Of a stretch of 64,000 bases of DNA, positions 15,190 through 24,340 are shown in pieces; positions within the stretch are counted from its first letter, which is position 1, and each line of letters begins with the position of its first letter. Location: contig JBFWNV010000003.1 of NCBI GenBank assembly GCA_050250875.1, positions 167,153 through 231,152 of the forward strand. Direction: 5' to 3'. A program made the position numbers and the translations under genes. The stretch is from Vicinamibacterales bacterium. GTDB lineage: Bacteria; Acidobacteriota; Vicinamibacteria; Vicinamibacterales; UBA2999. The notes under the pieces are model-generated. The model was not told the DNA's origin, searched no databases, and saw only the letters and a program-made list of their open reading frames with translations.

Positions 15190-16608
15190 ATGACCGGGCC
15201 GAGCGGCTGGACGTGTGCGTCGTGTGAGCGCCGGGTGCCACCGGGTGTCGAGGTGTGCCGATGTGGCGCGCCGCGTCCGCGGCCGGCGGCGGCCGTCGAG
15301 GCCGACGACGACGCGGCGGAGGACGGCGGCGGTCTGAACCCGGGCAAGGTGCTGCTGGCCGGCGTCGCGGTCGTCGGCCTGGCGGCGGTCTACTTCTGGA
15401 CCACCGCCGCGCCGGCCCCGGCCACGCCCGCGCCGGCGGTTTCCAGCCCGACCGGCAGCACGCCGCCGTCGGCGCCGCCGGTTCCGCAGCCGCGCGTCGA
15501 GACGGCGCCCACCTCGGAGAGCATGGCCGCCGAGTCCGCGCCGGCGAGCGCGACGTACACGACACCCGATCCGCCGACGCCGGCCCCGCTGTCCCGGGCG
15601 GACGCGTCGGGCCTCGGGCTCGAGGATCTCGTCGCCCGCACCGGTGGCGCCGTCGTGATGGTCGAGGCCGGGCCGTCGCGCGGCACTGGCTTCTTCGTGC
15701 GCCCCGACCTCATCGTCACCAACGATCACGTGGTGTCCGGGCAGACCGCGGTGACGGTGCGGCTCCACGACGGCTCGGCCCGCGCCGCGCGTGTCGAGCG
15801 CGCCGTGGCCGACGTCGACCTCGCCCTGCTGCGCCTGTCGGGCGCCGGCTCGGCGACGGTGCTGCCGCTCGGCCAGGCCAGCGCCGTGCGGACCGGCCAG
15901 GAGGTGATCGCCATCGGCTCGGCCCTTGGCCTGCAGAACACCGTGACCCGCGGCATCGTCAGCGCCCAGCGCCGCGCCGGCAGCGTCGTGCTGCTGCAGA
16001 CCGATGCCGCGATCAATCCGGGCAACAGCGGCGGACCGCTGCTCGATCGGCAGGGCGTCGTCGTCGGGGTCACCACGCTCAAGATGGGGGGACCGGCCGA
16101 GGGCCTCGGCTTCGCGGTGGCCGCGGACCACGTCGCGGCCCTGGTCGAGGGGCACTCCTCGACCCGCATCGCGACCGCCGCCGGCGCGCCGCCGCCCGCG
16201 GCAGGGGCGGCCGCGCCGAGCGCCATGCCCGGGTTCGGCGCCGCCGGGTCGAGCGCCGATGCCCGCCGCACCGACGGCGAGCAGATCTTCGAGCGGACGA
16301 TGGCGGCCCTGGCCGAGCAGGCCGCGCAGGTGGATGGTCACTGGCAGCGTTTCACCAGCGCGTGCGCGCCACGGCCCCGGCCAGGGGGCGACCGCGAGTG
16401 GTTCGGACTGTCGGAGGGCCGCGTCGAGTACACCAGCCGGGACCGCAACTGTCCGTACTGGCTCAACGACATGACGTCGATGAGCCGTGAGTTCGACGCG
16501 GCGATGCGCGCCGCCGGCGAAGCCGCGCGCCGCGCCGGGGTCTTTCCCGGCACGCTGCGCGACGTGCGCCGCCGTCACCGGCTCGACTGGCCCGGCTTCG
16601 ACCGCTGA
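15190..16608 (+). CDS. Membrane-anchored trypsin-fold (S1/HtrA-like) serine protease with an N-terminal zinc ribbon and a non-PDZ C-terminal domain
   Basis: CASCERRVPPGVEVCRCG. TM LLAGVAVVGLAAVYFW and a Pro-rich linker. Triad contexts TNDHVV, DVDLALLRL and NPGNSGGPLLD. The roughly 140-aa tail has Cys residues and no PDZ-like GLGF motif. Confidence 0.75.
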   Translation: MTGPSGWTCASCERRVPPGVEVCRCGAPRPRPAAAVEADDDAAEDGGGLNPGKVLLAGVAVVGLAAVYFWTTAAPAPATPAPAVSSPTGSTPPSAPPVPQPRVETAPTSESMAAESAPASATYTTPDPPTPAPLSRADASGLGLEDLVARTGGAVVMVEAGPSRGTGFFVRPDLIVTNDHVVSGQTAVTVRLHDGSARAARVERAVADVDLALLRLSGAGSATVLPLGQASAVRTGQEVIAIGSALGLQNTVTRGIVSAQRRAGSVVLLQTDAAINPGNSGGPLLDRQGVVVGVTTLKMGGPAEGLGFAVAADHVAALVEGHSSTRIATAAGAPPPAAGAAAPSAMPGFGAAGSSADARRTDGEQIFERTMAALAEQAAQVDGHWQRFTSACAPRPRPGGDREWFGLSEGRVEYTSRDRNCPYWLNDMTSMSREFDAAMRAAGEAARRAGVFPGTLRDVRRRHRLDWPGFDR

Positions 16609-16609
16609 G

Positions 16610-17692
16610 CTACACCGGCACGACGCGGCCTTCGGCCGCGCGCCGCAGGCGATCCCACACCGCCGCCCCGAGGTCGTGGCGCTCGGGTCCCGAAGCGACG
16701 ATCACGTCCACGCCGTCGCCGTCCAGCGCCCTGAGGGCCGCGAACAGCCGCTGCGCCGCCTGTGCCGGCTCGCCGCGCCGGCCCAGGGTGGCGACCACGA
16801 CGCGGCCGTGCGACGACACCGCGGCGACATCGGGGGCGATCGCCACCAGGTCCTCGTCCGGGGCCAGCACGCCGACTCGCCGGCCCGACGCCACGTGCGT
16901 GCGGACTTCCGCGCTCAGCCGGCGCACGACGTCGGCGGGTGCCCCGGCATAGACGGTGAGGGCGGCCGCCGGCGCGTAGTGCCGCAGCAGCTGTCCCGGC
17001 GCCACCTGCGCCTGCTCGACGGCCGCCTCACCGGCGACGGCGACGATCCCGGGCACCACCGCCCGCAGGCGCTCGAGCGGGATGCCGCCGGCGCGCCGCA
17101 CGACCGCCGGCTCCACGGTGCAGTCGACAATCGTCGACTCGACGCCGATGTCCGTCGGCCCGGCGTCGAGCACGAGATCGACGGCGCCGTCGAGATCGGC
17201 CAGGACGTGCGCGGCCGTGGTCGGACTCGGCCGCGAGAAGCGGTTCGCGCTCGGGGCGGCAACGGGCACGCCGGCGGCGCGGATGAGGGCCAGCGCCACC
17301 GGATGCGCGGGCACCCGCACGGCCACCGTGTCGAGCCCCGCCGTGACCGCCGGCGGCACCACGTCGCGCCGCGGCAGGATGAGCGTGAGCGGCCCCGGCC
17401 AGAACGCCGCCGCCAGCGCTGCGGCCGACGGCGGCACCGCCGCAGCGACCTGATCGAGGTCGGTGGCCCCCGCCAGGTGCACGATCACCGGGTCGGTCGC
17501 CGGACGCCCCTTGGCGGCGAAGATCGCCGCCACCGCCGCCGGATCCAGCGCGGCGCCGCCGAGCCCGTAGACCGTCTCGGTCGGGAACGCCACCAGCCCG
17601 CCGGCGCGGATCAGCGCCGCCGCGCGGGCGATGGTCGCGGCATCGGGCGTCGCGCGGTCGACCGCGGCGACGGACGTGGAGCGGCGGTGCAC
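16610..17692 (-). CDS. tsaC: L-threonylcarbamoyladenylate synthase, Sua5-type (YrdC domain + Sua5 C-terminal domain)
   Basis: VAFPTETVYGLG motif. Length of 360 aa, with the C-terminal extension typical of Sua5. Confidence 0.85.
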   Translation of the reverse strand: MHRRSTSVAAVDRATPDAATIARAAALIRAGGLVAFPTETVYGLGGAALDPAAVAAIFAAKGRPATDPVIVHLAGATDLDQVAAAVPPSAAALAAAFWPGPLTLILPRRDVVPPAVTAGLDTVAVRVPAHPVALALIRAAGVPVAAPSANRFSRPSPTTAAHVLADLDGAVDLVLDAGPTDIGVESTIVDCTVEPAVVRRAGGIPLERLRAVVPGIVAVAGEAAVEQAQVAPGQLLRHYAPAAALTVYAGAPADVVRRLSAEVRTHVASGRRVGVLAPDEDLVAIAPDVAAVSSHGRVVVATLGRRGEPAQAAQRLFAALRALDGDGVDVIVASGPERHDLGAAVWDRLRRAAEGRVVPV

Positions 17693-17696
17693 CCCG

Positions 17697-19139
17697 CTAT
17701 TGTGGCGCAGCGATCGGCTTGCCGGTGACGTCGACGATCTCGACGGCGGTGAAGCCGGCCAGCTGATCCTTCACCTTGGTGTAGTCGCCGACGACCACGA
17801 CCAGCGAATCGGCCGAGCCGAGCAGCATGCGGGCGCCGGTGACCACCGTCTCGGGCGCCAGCGCCGTCATGCGCGCCTGGTAGGTCTCGGGATAGTCGGC
17901 CGGCAGCCCGAAGGTCTGCACCGTGTTGAGCGTCGCCGCCAGCCCGTTCTGGGTGGCGTTCTGGATGACGAACAGGCCGCGGGCGTAGGCCTTGGCGCCG
18001 TCGAGTTCCGCCGCCGCCGGCGGCGTCGCCCGCAGCGCGTCCATCTCGGCGTAGACCTCTTTCAGCGTCGCGCCGGTGACGTCGTTGCGCACGTCGGCGA
18101 CGGCGCGGTAGACGCCGGTGTCGCCGAAGGCGGCGAACAGCGACTGCGGCGAGTAGGTGTAGCCCTTCTCCTCGCGGATGTTGCGGACCAGCCGCGAGTC
18201 GAACGCGCCGCCGTAGATCTGGTTGGCCAGCTGCAGCATGAACCAGCGCGAATCGTCGCGCTTGACGGCGAGGTTGCCGACCGAGATCGACGACTGCACG
18301 CTGCCCGGCCGGTGCACGAACACCAGGCGGCGGCCGGTCAGGGCCGGCGGCGCCGGAAACGCCGGCCGCCGCGGCTCCCCGCGCGCCCAGTCCCCGAACG
18401 CCCGCTCGACCGCCGGCACGACGGTGGCGGCGTCGACGTCGCCGGTAATGACGAGAAAGGCGTTGTTCGGCAGGTAGTGCGCGCCGTGGTAGGCGACGAT
18501 GGCGGCGCGGTCGATCGCCTTCACCGAGTCAGGCGTGGCGCCGATGCGACCGTAGGGATGGCTGCCGAAGAGGGCGGTGCGGAACTGCCGGTTCGACACG
18601 AACGAGGCCGAGGCCAGCTGCGCCTGGGTGCGCTGCGCGGCGTTGGCGACCAGCAGCTGCACTTCGGCCTCGGGGAACGTCGGCCGGCGCACCACGTCGC
18701 TGACGATGTCGAGCATCTGCGGCAGCGTCTCGGCGAGACCGCGCATCGTGAACGTGGTCGAGTCCTGGCCCACCGCCGCGCCGAGCGAGGCGCCCATCGC
18801 GAACACCTCGTCGCGCAGCTGGCGGCTGGCGCGGGTCGTGGTGCCCTCCTGGGCGGCGTCGGCGACGAACTGGGCCAGCCCCGCCTGGGTCGCCGGGTCG
18901 GCGGCCAGCCCGGATCGGAACGTCAGGTAGACCGACACCTTGGGCACCGTGGCGAAACGCGCCACGACCACCTGCAGCCCGTTGGCGAGGGTGCGCTCGA
19001 CCCGGGGCGGCGGCGCGAAGGCGCGCTCTGGCCCGATCGCCGGCCGCGGCGGCACCGCCGCCGGCCCCTGAGCGGCCACCTCGAGCGGCAGCGCGCACAG
19101 CAGGGCCGCCGCGACGGCGAGTCGATGTCGGCGCCTCAT
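17697..19139 (-). CDS. M16-family peptidase, probable non-catalytic partner subunit
   Basis: Insulinase-like fold by similarity to the neighbouring gene. No HxxEH motif. Signal peptide. 4-nt overlap with the upstream M16 gene. Confidence 0.75.
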   Translation of the reverse strand: MRRRHRLAVAAALLCALPLEVAAQGPAAVPPRPAIGPERAFAPPPRVERTLANGLQVVVARFATVPKVSVYLTFRSGLAADPATQAGLAQFVADAAQEGTTTRASRQLRDEVFAMGASLGAAVGQDSTTFTMRGLAETLPQMLDIVSDVVRRPTFPEAEVQLLVANAAQRTQAQLASASFVSNRQFRTALFGSHPYGRIGATPDSVKAIDRAAIVAYHGAHYLPNNAFLVITGDVDAATVVPAVERAFGDWARGEPRRPAFPAPPALTGRRLVFVHRPGSVQSSISVGNLAVKRDDSRWFMLQLANQIYGGAFDSRLVRNIREEKGYTYSPQSLFAAFGDTGVYRAVADVRNDVTGATLKEVYAEMDALRATPPAAAELDGAKAYARGLFVIQNATQNGLAATLNTVQTFGLPADYPETYQARMTALAPETVVTGARMLLGSADSLVVVVGDYTKVKDQLAGFTAVEIVDVTGKPIAAPQ

Positions 19140-20539
19140 CGCACACCTCCCTGGGCCGACGGCGCCGCGGCGGGTCGGCTGTCGAGCGTCGTGCGGTTGC
19201 TGGCGACGAGCCAGCGGCCCGCCGCCGCTTTCACGTCGTCGAGCGTCACGGCGTCGAGCGAACCGAGGATCGTGTTGATCCGTCCCGGGTCGTCGTCGAA
19301 CAGCGCGAAGGCGGCCAGCAGGTTGGCGCGGCCGAAGCGCGGCAGGCCACCCCCTTCGAGATCCTCGAGGAACGCCGAACGCAGGGCGCGCTTGGCGCTG
19401 GCCAGCTCCGCGGCGGTGATGCCCCGCTCCCGCACCTCGGCGAGCACCGCGTCGACGGTGGCGATCACCTGGTCGGCGGTGGTGTCGGGCCGGTAGTCCA
19501 CGCGCACGGTGAAGAGCATCGGCCCCTTCATGTCCCAGTTGGTGCCGAGCAGGTTGAAGGCGCCGGCGACGGCCGTGGCCTGGCGGGTCTCGCGCACCAG
19601 CTTCTGGTGCAGCCGCGCGCTCTGATCGCCGACGATCAGCGGATCGAGCACGGCCAGCGCGAAGAAGTCCTTCGACATCCGCGGCGGCAGGTGCCAGGCC
19701 ATCGCCATCGCCGGCGTCCGGGCCAGCCGGTCGTCGCGCGTCACGCGCTTCTCGGCCGTCTGCGCCGGCTCACCGACGTCGGCCGGCGGGATCGGCGTGC
19801 CCCGCGGGATGCCGCCGAAGTGCTTCTCGGCGAGCGCCCGCACCTCGGCCGCCGTGGTGTCGCCGACGACGACCAGCACGGCGTTGTTGGGCGCGTAGTA
19901 CGTACGGAAGAAGGCCCGGACGTCGTCGAGCGTGGCGGCCTCGAGCTCGGACAGGTCGCCGTAGAAGTTGTGGGCGTTGTGCCAGTTGGTGTTGGCCTTC
20001 TCCCACAGGTCGAGCCACTCGAAGCCGCCATGCGGCTGATTGAGGACGTTGACCCGCACCTCCTCGCTGACCACGTTCTGCTGGTTCTTCAGATTCTCGG
20101 GCGTGAGGTCGAGACCGCGCATGCGATCGGCCTCGAGCCACAGCGTGAGCTCGAGCGCGTTGGCGGGCACCACCTGGTAGTAGTTGGTGTAGTCGAACCG
20201 GGTCGAGCCGTTGAGCACGCCGCCGGCCCGCGACACCAGCTGGATGTGCTCGAGCTTCTTCAGCGAGGTCGAGCCCTGGAACATCATGTGCTCGAACAGG
20301 TGCGCGAAGCCGGTGCGGCCCTTGGGCTCGACGCGGAAGCCGATGTTGTACATGACCTCGACGAGCACCACCGGCGCGGTGCGATCGGAGCTCACGACGA
20401 CCTTCAGGCCGTTGGGCAGGGTGAAGTACTCGTACGGCACCGTGAAGGCCGGCGGCGGGCCGGCGGGTGGCTGGCCGGCAGCCGCGGATACCGTGAGGGC
20501 GGCGACGACGGCGGCGAGAAGGGCGAAGCGGGCAGGCAT
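19136..20539 (-). CDS. M16-family zinc peptidase (catalytic subunit)
   Basis: Start at MPARFALLAAVV (cat 20537-20539), followed by a signal peptide. Inverted zincin motif FAHLFEHMMFQGS (HxxEH). Confidence 0.85.
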   Translation of the reverse strand: MPARFALLAAVVAALTVSAAAGQPPAGPPPAFTVPYEYFTLPNGLKVVVSSDRTAPVVLVEVMYNIGFRVEPKGRTGFAHLFEHMMFQGSTSLKKLEHIQLVSRAGGVLNGSTRFDYTNYYQVVPANALELTLWLEADRMRGLDLTPENLKNQQNVVSEEVRVNVLNQPHGGFEWLDLWEKANTNWHNAHNFYGDLSELEAATLDDVRAFFRTYYAPNNAVLVVVGDTTAAEVRALAEKHFGGIPRGTPIPPADVGEPAQTAEKRVTRDDRLARTPAMAMAWHLPPRMSKDFFALAVLDPLIVGDQSARLHQKLVRETRQATAVAGAFNLLGTNWDMKGPMLFTVRVDYRPDTTADQVIATVDAVLAEVRERGITAAELASAKRALRSAFLEDLEGGGLPRFGRANLLAAFALFDDDPGRINTILGSLDAVTLDDVKAAAGRWLVASNRTTLDSRPAAAPSAQGGVR

Positions 20540-20618
20540 GCGATGGCTCCTGGCGGTCGGCGGCAAAGGGACGACACCGGAGAGACGTCCGGCCGCGCCG
20601 ATTGGTTCGTGATCCCGT

Positions 20619-21716
20619 TCAGGGCCGGGACGAACCCGGTGACGAACCGCGCTCGGCCCTGACGATGAGCTCGACGACGCGCGAGTAGCTGGCGACGCCC
20701 TCGGCCACGCCCTGCGACCGCAGATAGCCATCGTATACGCGCCAGCCGACCCGCTGCACGACTTCGACGGCCGCCGCCGCCCGCCGGGCGATGGCGGCCA
20801 GATCGTCGCGCGGCCCGGGCGCCAGCGCCTCGAGCGCGGCACGCCGGGTCTCACCCGGCACCTGGCGCGACGCCTCGCTCAGCAGGAACAGCCAGCCGCT
20901 GTAGCGGGCCGGCGGATCGGCCCGCTGCGTCGCCCGCCAGGCGACGAAATTGGCGTCGGCTTCGGGGGCGTAGCCGGCCAGATGCGCCCACTCGTGGGCC
21001 AGCACGAACGGCCGCTCGGCGCCGGTGAGGTCGGGGTTCAGCAGCGTCTCGAGGAACGCCGGGGCGGTGAGGCCGTCGACGCCGGCGGCGCGGAAGTACC
21101 AGCCGAGCAGCGTGCGCTTGGGTCGTCCCGGCGTCGCTGGCGCGGGCTGCCCGTCGTCACGCTGCACGGCGTGCAGCGCCTGGACCAGCGCGGGCGGCAC
21201 GCCAGCGGCGTCGGGAAATCCCAGCGCGTGGGCCGCGGCGTGGTCGGCGTTGGCGCCGGCGACCGCGCGCGTGAGCAGTGCCGCGACCTCGACCGGGGTC
21301 GGCGCGCCGCTCGACAGCGACAGGCGGACGTCCACGGCTGGACGCGCGTAGTGGAGTCCCCAGGCGATCTGGAACCAGACCAGGCCGGCGGCGGCGACGA
21401 CGAGCGTACGCAGCGTCGTCGCGGCCAGCGCCGACCAGACGCCGTCTCGCGCGCGGACCGGCCGGGCCAGGCCACGACGCCAGACGAGGCCGACGACGAC
21501 CACGAGCCCGATGAGGACGACGTCGAAGAGCGCGATCGGCACCAGGTTCGAGGCGCCGGTCACGGCCCGCTGCAACGGCGGATACAGGCCGCGGGCGTAA
21601 ACGCGTTCGGCGACGGCGGCGGGCAGCGCGGCCAGCGTACCGGCCAGGGCCGCCAGCAGCAGCACCGCGCGCCACGGGCCCGGCCCGGCGCCGCTGGTGA
21701 TGGAACGCGCCGGCAT
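20619..21716 (-). CDS. DUF3810-like membrane protein with an HExxH motif (putative metalloprotease)
   Basis: Several N-terminal TM segments. FVLAHEWAHLAGYAPEADANF, as I recall for DUF3810. Confidence 0.55.
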   Translation of the reverse strand: MPARSITSGAGPGPWRAVLLLAALAGTLAALPAAVAERVYARGLYPPLQRAVTGASNLVPIALFDVVLIGLVVVVGLVWRRGLARPVRARDGVWSALAATTLRTLVVAAAGLVWFQIAWGLHYARPAVDVRLSLSSGAPTPVEVAALLTRAVAGANADHAAAHALGFPDAAGVPPALVQALHAVQRDDGQPAPATPGRPKRTLLGWYFRAAGVDGLTAPAFLETLLNPDLTGAERPFVLAHEWAHLAGYAPEADANFVAWRATQRADPPARYSGWLFLLSEASRQVPGETRRAALEALAPGPRDDLAAIARRAAAAVEVVQRVGWRVYDGYLRSQGVAEGVASYSRVVELIVRAERGSSPGSSRP

Positions 21717-21740
21717 CGGCTCGCTGCCCCGCCCGCGCGG

Positions 21741-22139
21741 CTACGGCATCGTGATGACGACTTCGTTCGACGCCGGGCTGGTGCCGCAGGCATTGCGGGC
21801 GAACAGCCGCACGAAGTACTGCCCGGGCGGCGCCTGGCGATCCATCGTCGTCGCATTGCCGGCGGCGACGAACGTACCGATGTCGTTCTTGCCCTGGCCG
21901 GTGCCGGCTTCGAGAATGAAGGTCGTCGGCCGCTCTCCGCCCGACGGCGGCGCCCAGGTGAGCCGCACCAGGTCGGCCGCCGCCTTGGTGTACTGCAGCC
22001 CGGCCGGCGCGTCGGGGGCCGCGGCGCAGTCGAACTGGCGCGCGCCGGCGCGCTGCTGGCCGGTGCGCAGAACCCACAGACCGATCAGAATCACGGCGGC
22101 GATCACCACGACCACCGCGAGGACGCCGTTCTTGTTCAT
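21741..22139 (-). CDS. Small membrane-anchored protein with an FN3-like beta domain
   Basis: Start at MNKNG (cat 22137-22139). TM VLAVVVVIAAVILIGLWVL. LTWAPP...YFVRLFARNACG resembles an FN3 module. Confidence 0.35.
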   Translation of the reverse strand: MNKNGVLAVVVVIAAVILIGLWVLRTGQQRAGARQFDCAAAPDAPAGLQYTKAAADLVRLTWAPPSGGERPTTFILEAGTGQGKNDIGTFVAAGNATTMDRQAPPGQYFVRLFARNACGTSPASNEVVITMP

Positions 22140-22193
22140 AGCCAGGGAGTCACGCGGCCGCGTCGGATCGACGGCGGCAGGCGGGGAGAAAAG

Positions 22194-22271
22194 TGGTCGG
22201 GATGCCGGGATTCGAACCCGGGACCTCCTGCACCCCAAGCAGGCGCGCTAGCCAGGCTGCGCTACATCCCG
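22194..22271 (-). tRNA. tRNA-Pro (anticodon GGG), CCA encoded
   Basis: Hand-folded cloverleaf: acceptor CGGGATG/CATCCCG, D arm GCGC/GCGC, anticodon stem CCTGC/GCAGG with loop TTGGGGT, T arm CCGGG-TTCGAAT-CCCGG, then ACCA. 78 nt. Confidence 0.9.
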
Positions 22272-22286
22272 TCCGTGGTACTGCCA

Positions 22287-22736
22287 TCACGCGGAGCGCT
22301 TCGTCTTCCGCGCCCCCTTCGCCGCCCGTCCGGCCGGGTCGGGCGCCGCGGCCGCGATCAGCTCGAACGGCGCCGCCGCGACCGGGCGGTTCAGCAGGTC
22401 GAACACCCCCTGCAGCCCCTCCCGCACGCTGCGAATCCGCGCCCGTGTCTGCTCGTCGACGAGGACGAAGTCGTCGACCGGCGTGGTCGCGGCGCTGGTC
22501 GAGCTTTCCTCGAGCCGGCGTCGCGCCCCCGCCAGCGTGAGCCCTTCGACGTAGACCAGCTCGCGGATCCGCAGCACGCGCTCGACGTCGGCGCGGCCGT
22601 AGATTCGCGGCCCGGAAGCCGTCTGTTGGCCAAGGTCCGGGAACTCCGCCTCCCAGCTGCGCAGGACATAGGGTTGGACCTGCGCGATCTGACAGACGTC
22701 CGCGGCCTTGAGGCGCTCTTGTTTCGGAGCGACCAT
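22287..22736 (-). CDS. MerR-family HTH transcriptional regulator
   Basis: 149 aa from MVAPKQERLKAADVCQIAQVQPYVLRSWEAEF (MerR-type wHTH). The upstream part of the 640-aa track ORF is out-of-frame overlap with der. Confidence 0.7.
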   Translation of the reverse strand: MVAPKQERLKAADVCQIAQVQPYVLRSWEAEFPDLGQQTASGPRIYGRADVERVLRIRELVYVEGLTLAGARRRLEESSTSAATTPVDDFVLVDEQTRARIRSVREGLQGVFDLLNRPVAAAPFELIAAAAPDPAGRAAKGARKTKRSA

Positions 22737-22798
22737 ACACGTGGCGCCGCCGGCTCGACCCCGGTCGAACCCGCGGAATTCCGGAGTATAGCACGCGC

Positions 22799-24202
22799 CT
22801 ACGAGGCGCCCTGGACGGCCCCGCGGGCCGGCCGGGCCCGCCGCCGCACGTGCAGCCGGATCGGCGATCCCGCGAAGCCGTACTCCTCGCGCAGCCGGTT
22901 GGTGAGGTAGCGCAGGTAGGAGAAGTGCAGCGACGCCGCCACGTTGGTGAACAGCACGAAGGTCGGCGGGGCCACCCCGGTCTGCGCGGCGAACAGCACC
23001 CGCACGGCCCGGCGGCCCTCGGCCACCGGCGGCTGGGCGGCGGTGGCGGCGGCGATGAAGCGGTTCAGCTCGTGGGTCGGCACGCGGCGGCGGCGCTCGG
23101 CGGCCACGCGGTCGATGAGTTCCAGCAGCCGCGGAGTCCTGGCGCCGGTGCGCGCCGAGATGTGGAGGATGGGCGCGAAGTCGAGGAACGGCAGGCGGCG
23201 GCGAATCTCGTCGTCGATGGCCCGCGTCGCCTCGACCCCGCGGTCCTCGACCAGGTCCCACTTGTTGACGGCGATGACGATGCCGCGGCCCGCTTCGGCG
23301 GCCTCGCCGGCGATCGCCGCGTCCTGATCGGTGGCGCCGGCCAGGGCGTCGATCACCAGCACGACGACGTCGGCCTGGGCGATCGATCGGCGGGCCAGCA
23401 GCACGCTCAGCGACTCCACCGCGCCGCCGCGGGCGACCCGGCCGGCTTTGCGGATGCCGGCGGTGTCGACGATGCGCACCTTCTTGCGATGCCACTGGAA
23501 GACGCTGTCGACCGGATCGCGCGTCGTGCCCGGCAGGTCCGACACGATCATCCGGTCCTCGCGCAGCAACCGGTTGACCAGCGACGACTTGCCGGCATTG
23601 GGCCGGCCGACGATCGCCACCGCGAGCTCGCTCGGCGCGTGCGTGCCGCGCCGCTCCTCTTCTTCGCTGGCGCTCGAGACGTCCAACGGCCCGCGCGCGG
23701 GCAGCCGCCGGGCAATCTCGTCCAGCAGATCGCCGACGCCGTGACCGTGTTCGGCGCTCAGCTCGACGACCGGGTCGAAGCCCAGGCGATAGAGATCGAG
23801 GACGCCCGAGGCGGCACGCTTGTCGTCGGTCTTGTTGATGGCCAGGACGACCGGCCGTCCGGTGGCGCGGATGACCTTGGCGATCTCTTCGTCGCCCGGC
23901 ACCAGACCCTGCCGCCCGTCGACCACGAAGACGATGAGGTCGGCGGTGGCGAGCGCCCGGCGGCCGGCATCGACGACCAGGGCGTGCAGCGGGTCTTCCG
24001 AGTCGCCGAACATCCCGCCGGTGTCGGTCAGCGTGAACGCGCCGTCGGCCACGGTCACCGGGTGGGCCAGGAAATCGCGGGTGGTCCCCGGCACGGGCGT
24101 CACGATGGCGCGCCGCGTCCCCGTCATCCTGTTGAACAGCGTGGACTTCCCCACGTTGGGGCGGCCGACCAGGACGACCGTGGGCAGGGCACGGGGAGCC
24201 AC
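22799..24202 (-). CDS. der: Ribosome-associated GTPase Der (EngA)
   Basis: Two G domains (GRPNVGKSTLFN and GRPNAGKSSLVN) plus a KH-like C-terminus. No ATG is near the first G domain, so I place the start at the in-frame GTG at 24202. Confidence 0.85.
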   Translation of the reverse strand: MAPRALPTVVLVGRPNVGKSTLFNRMTGTRRAIVTPVPGTTRDFLAHPVTVADGAFTLTDTGGMFGDSEDPLHALVVDAGRRALATADLIVFVVDGRQGLVPGDEEIAKVIRATGRPVVLAINKTDDKRAASGVLDLYRLGFDPVVELSAEHGHGVGDLLDEIARRLPARGPLDVSSASEEEERRGTHAPSELAVAIVGRPNAGKSSLVNRLLREDRMIVSDLPGTTRDPVDSVFQWHRKKVRIVDTAGIRKAGRVARGGAVESLSVLLARRSIAQADVVVLVIDALAGATDQDAAIAGEAAEAGRGIVIAVNKWDLVEDRGVEATRAIDDEIRRRLPFLDFAPILHISARTGARTPRLLELIDRVAAERRRRVPTHELNRFIAAATAAQPPVAEGRRAVRVLFAAQTGVAPPTFVLFTNVAASLHFSYLRYLTNRLREEYGFAGSPIRLHVRRRARPARGAVQGAS

Positions 24203-24275
24203 GGGCCACAGTGTAATGCGCGGTTTGGCCTGCCCAGGCGCAGCGCCGCGCTCCAGGTCCGCGTCAGGCCCCGCG

Positions 24276-24304
24276 TTGACAGCGTAAGTCGTTCTATTTA
24301 TGCT
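24276..24304 (+). promoter_or_regulatory. Sigma70-type promoter TTGACA-17 nt-TATGCT
   Basis: Perfect -35, 17-nt spacer and a TATGCT -10, 37 nt upstream of the ATG at 24341. It sits in an AT-richer patch of an otherwise GC-rich window. Confidence 0.6.
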
Positions 24305-24340
24305 AGTTACCGTGCTCACTCGCGAGCGGGCGGCGGGCCG

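Noticed and set aside
13834-16578. 914-aa minus-strand ORF antisense to the kinase and protease genes, and likewise 9251-11248 (-) antisense to the permease
   Set aside because: Same shadow-ORF signature (RRRGRG runs, no domains). The sense-strand genes are unambiguous.
20619-22290. Genomic island integrated at tRNA-Pro
   Set aside because: I could find no integrase, no direct repeat of the tRNA 3' end, and no compositional shift. The flanking genes look chromosomal.
22737-24209. The upstream 490 aa of the 640-aa ORF 22287-24209, which would fuse a long N-terminus to the MerR regulator
   Set aside because: That part overlaps der in another frame and is R/P/G-rich. The MerR HTH begins right after the internal ATG at 22736.
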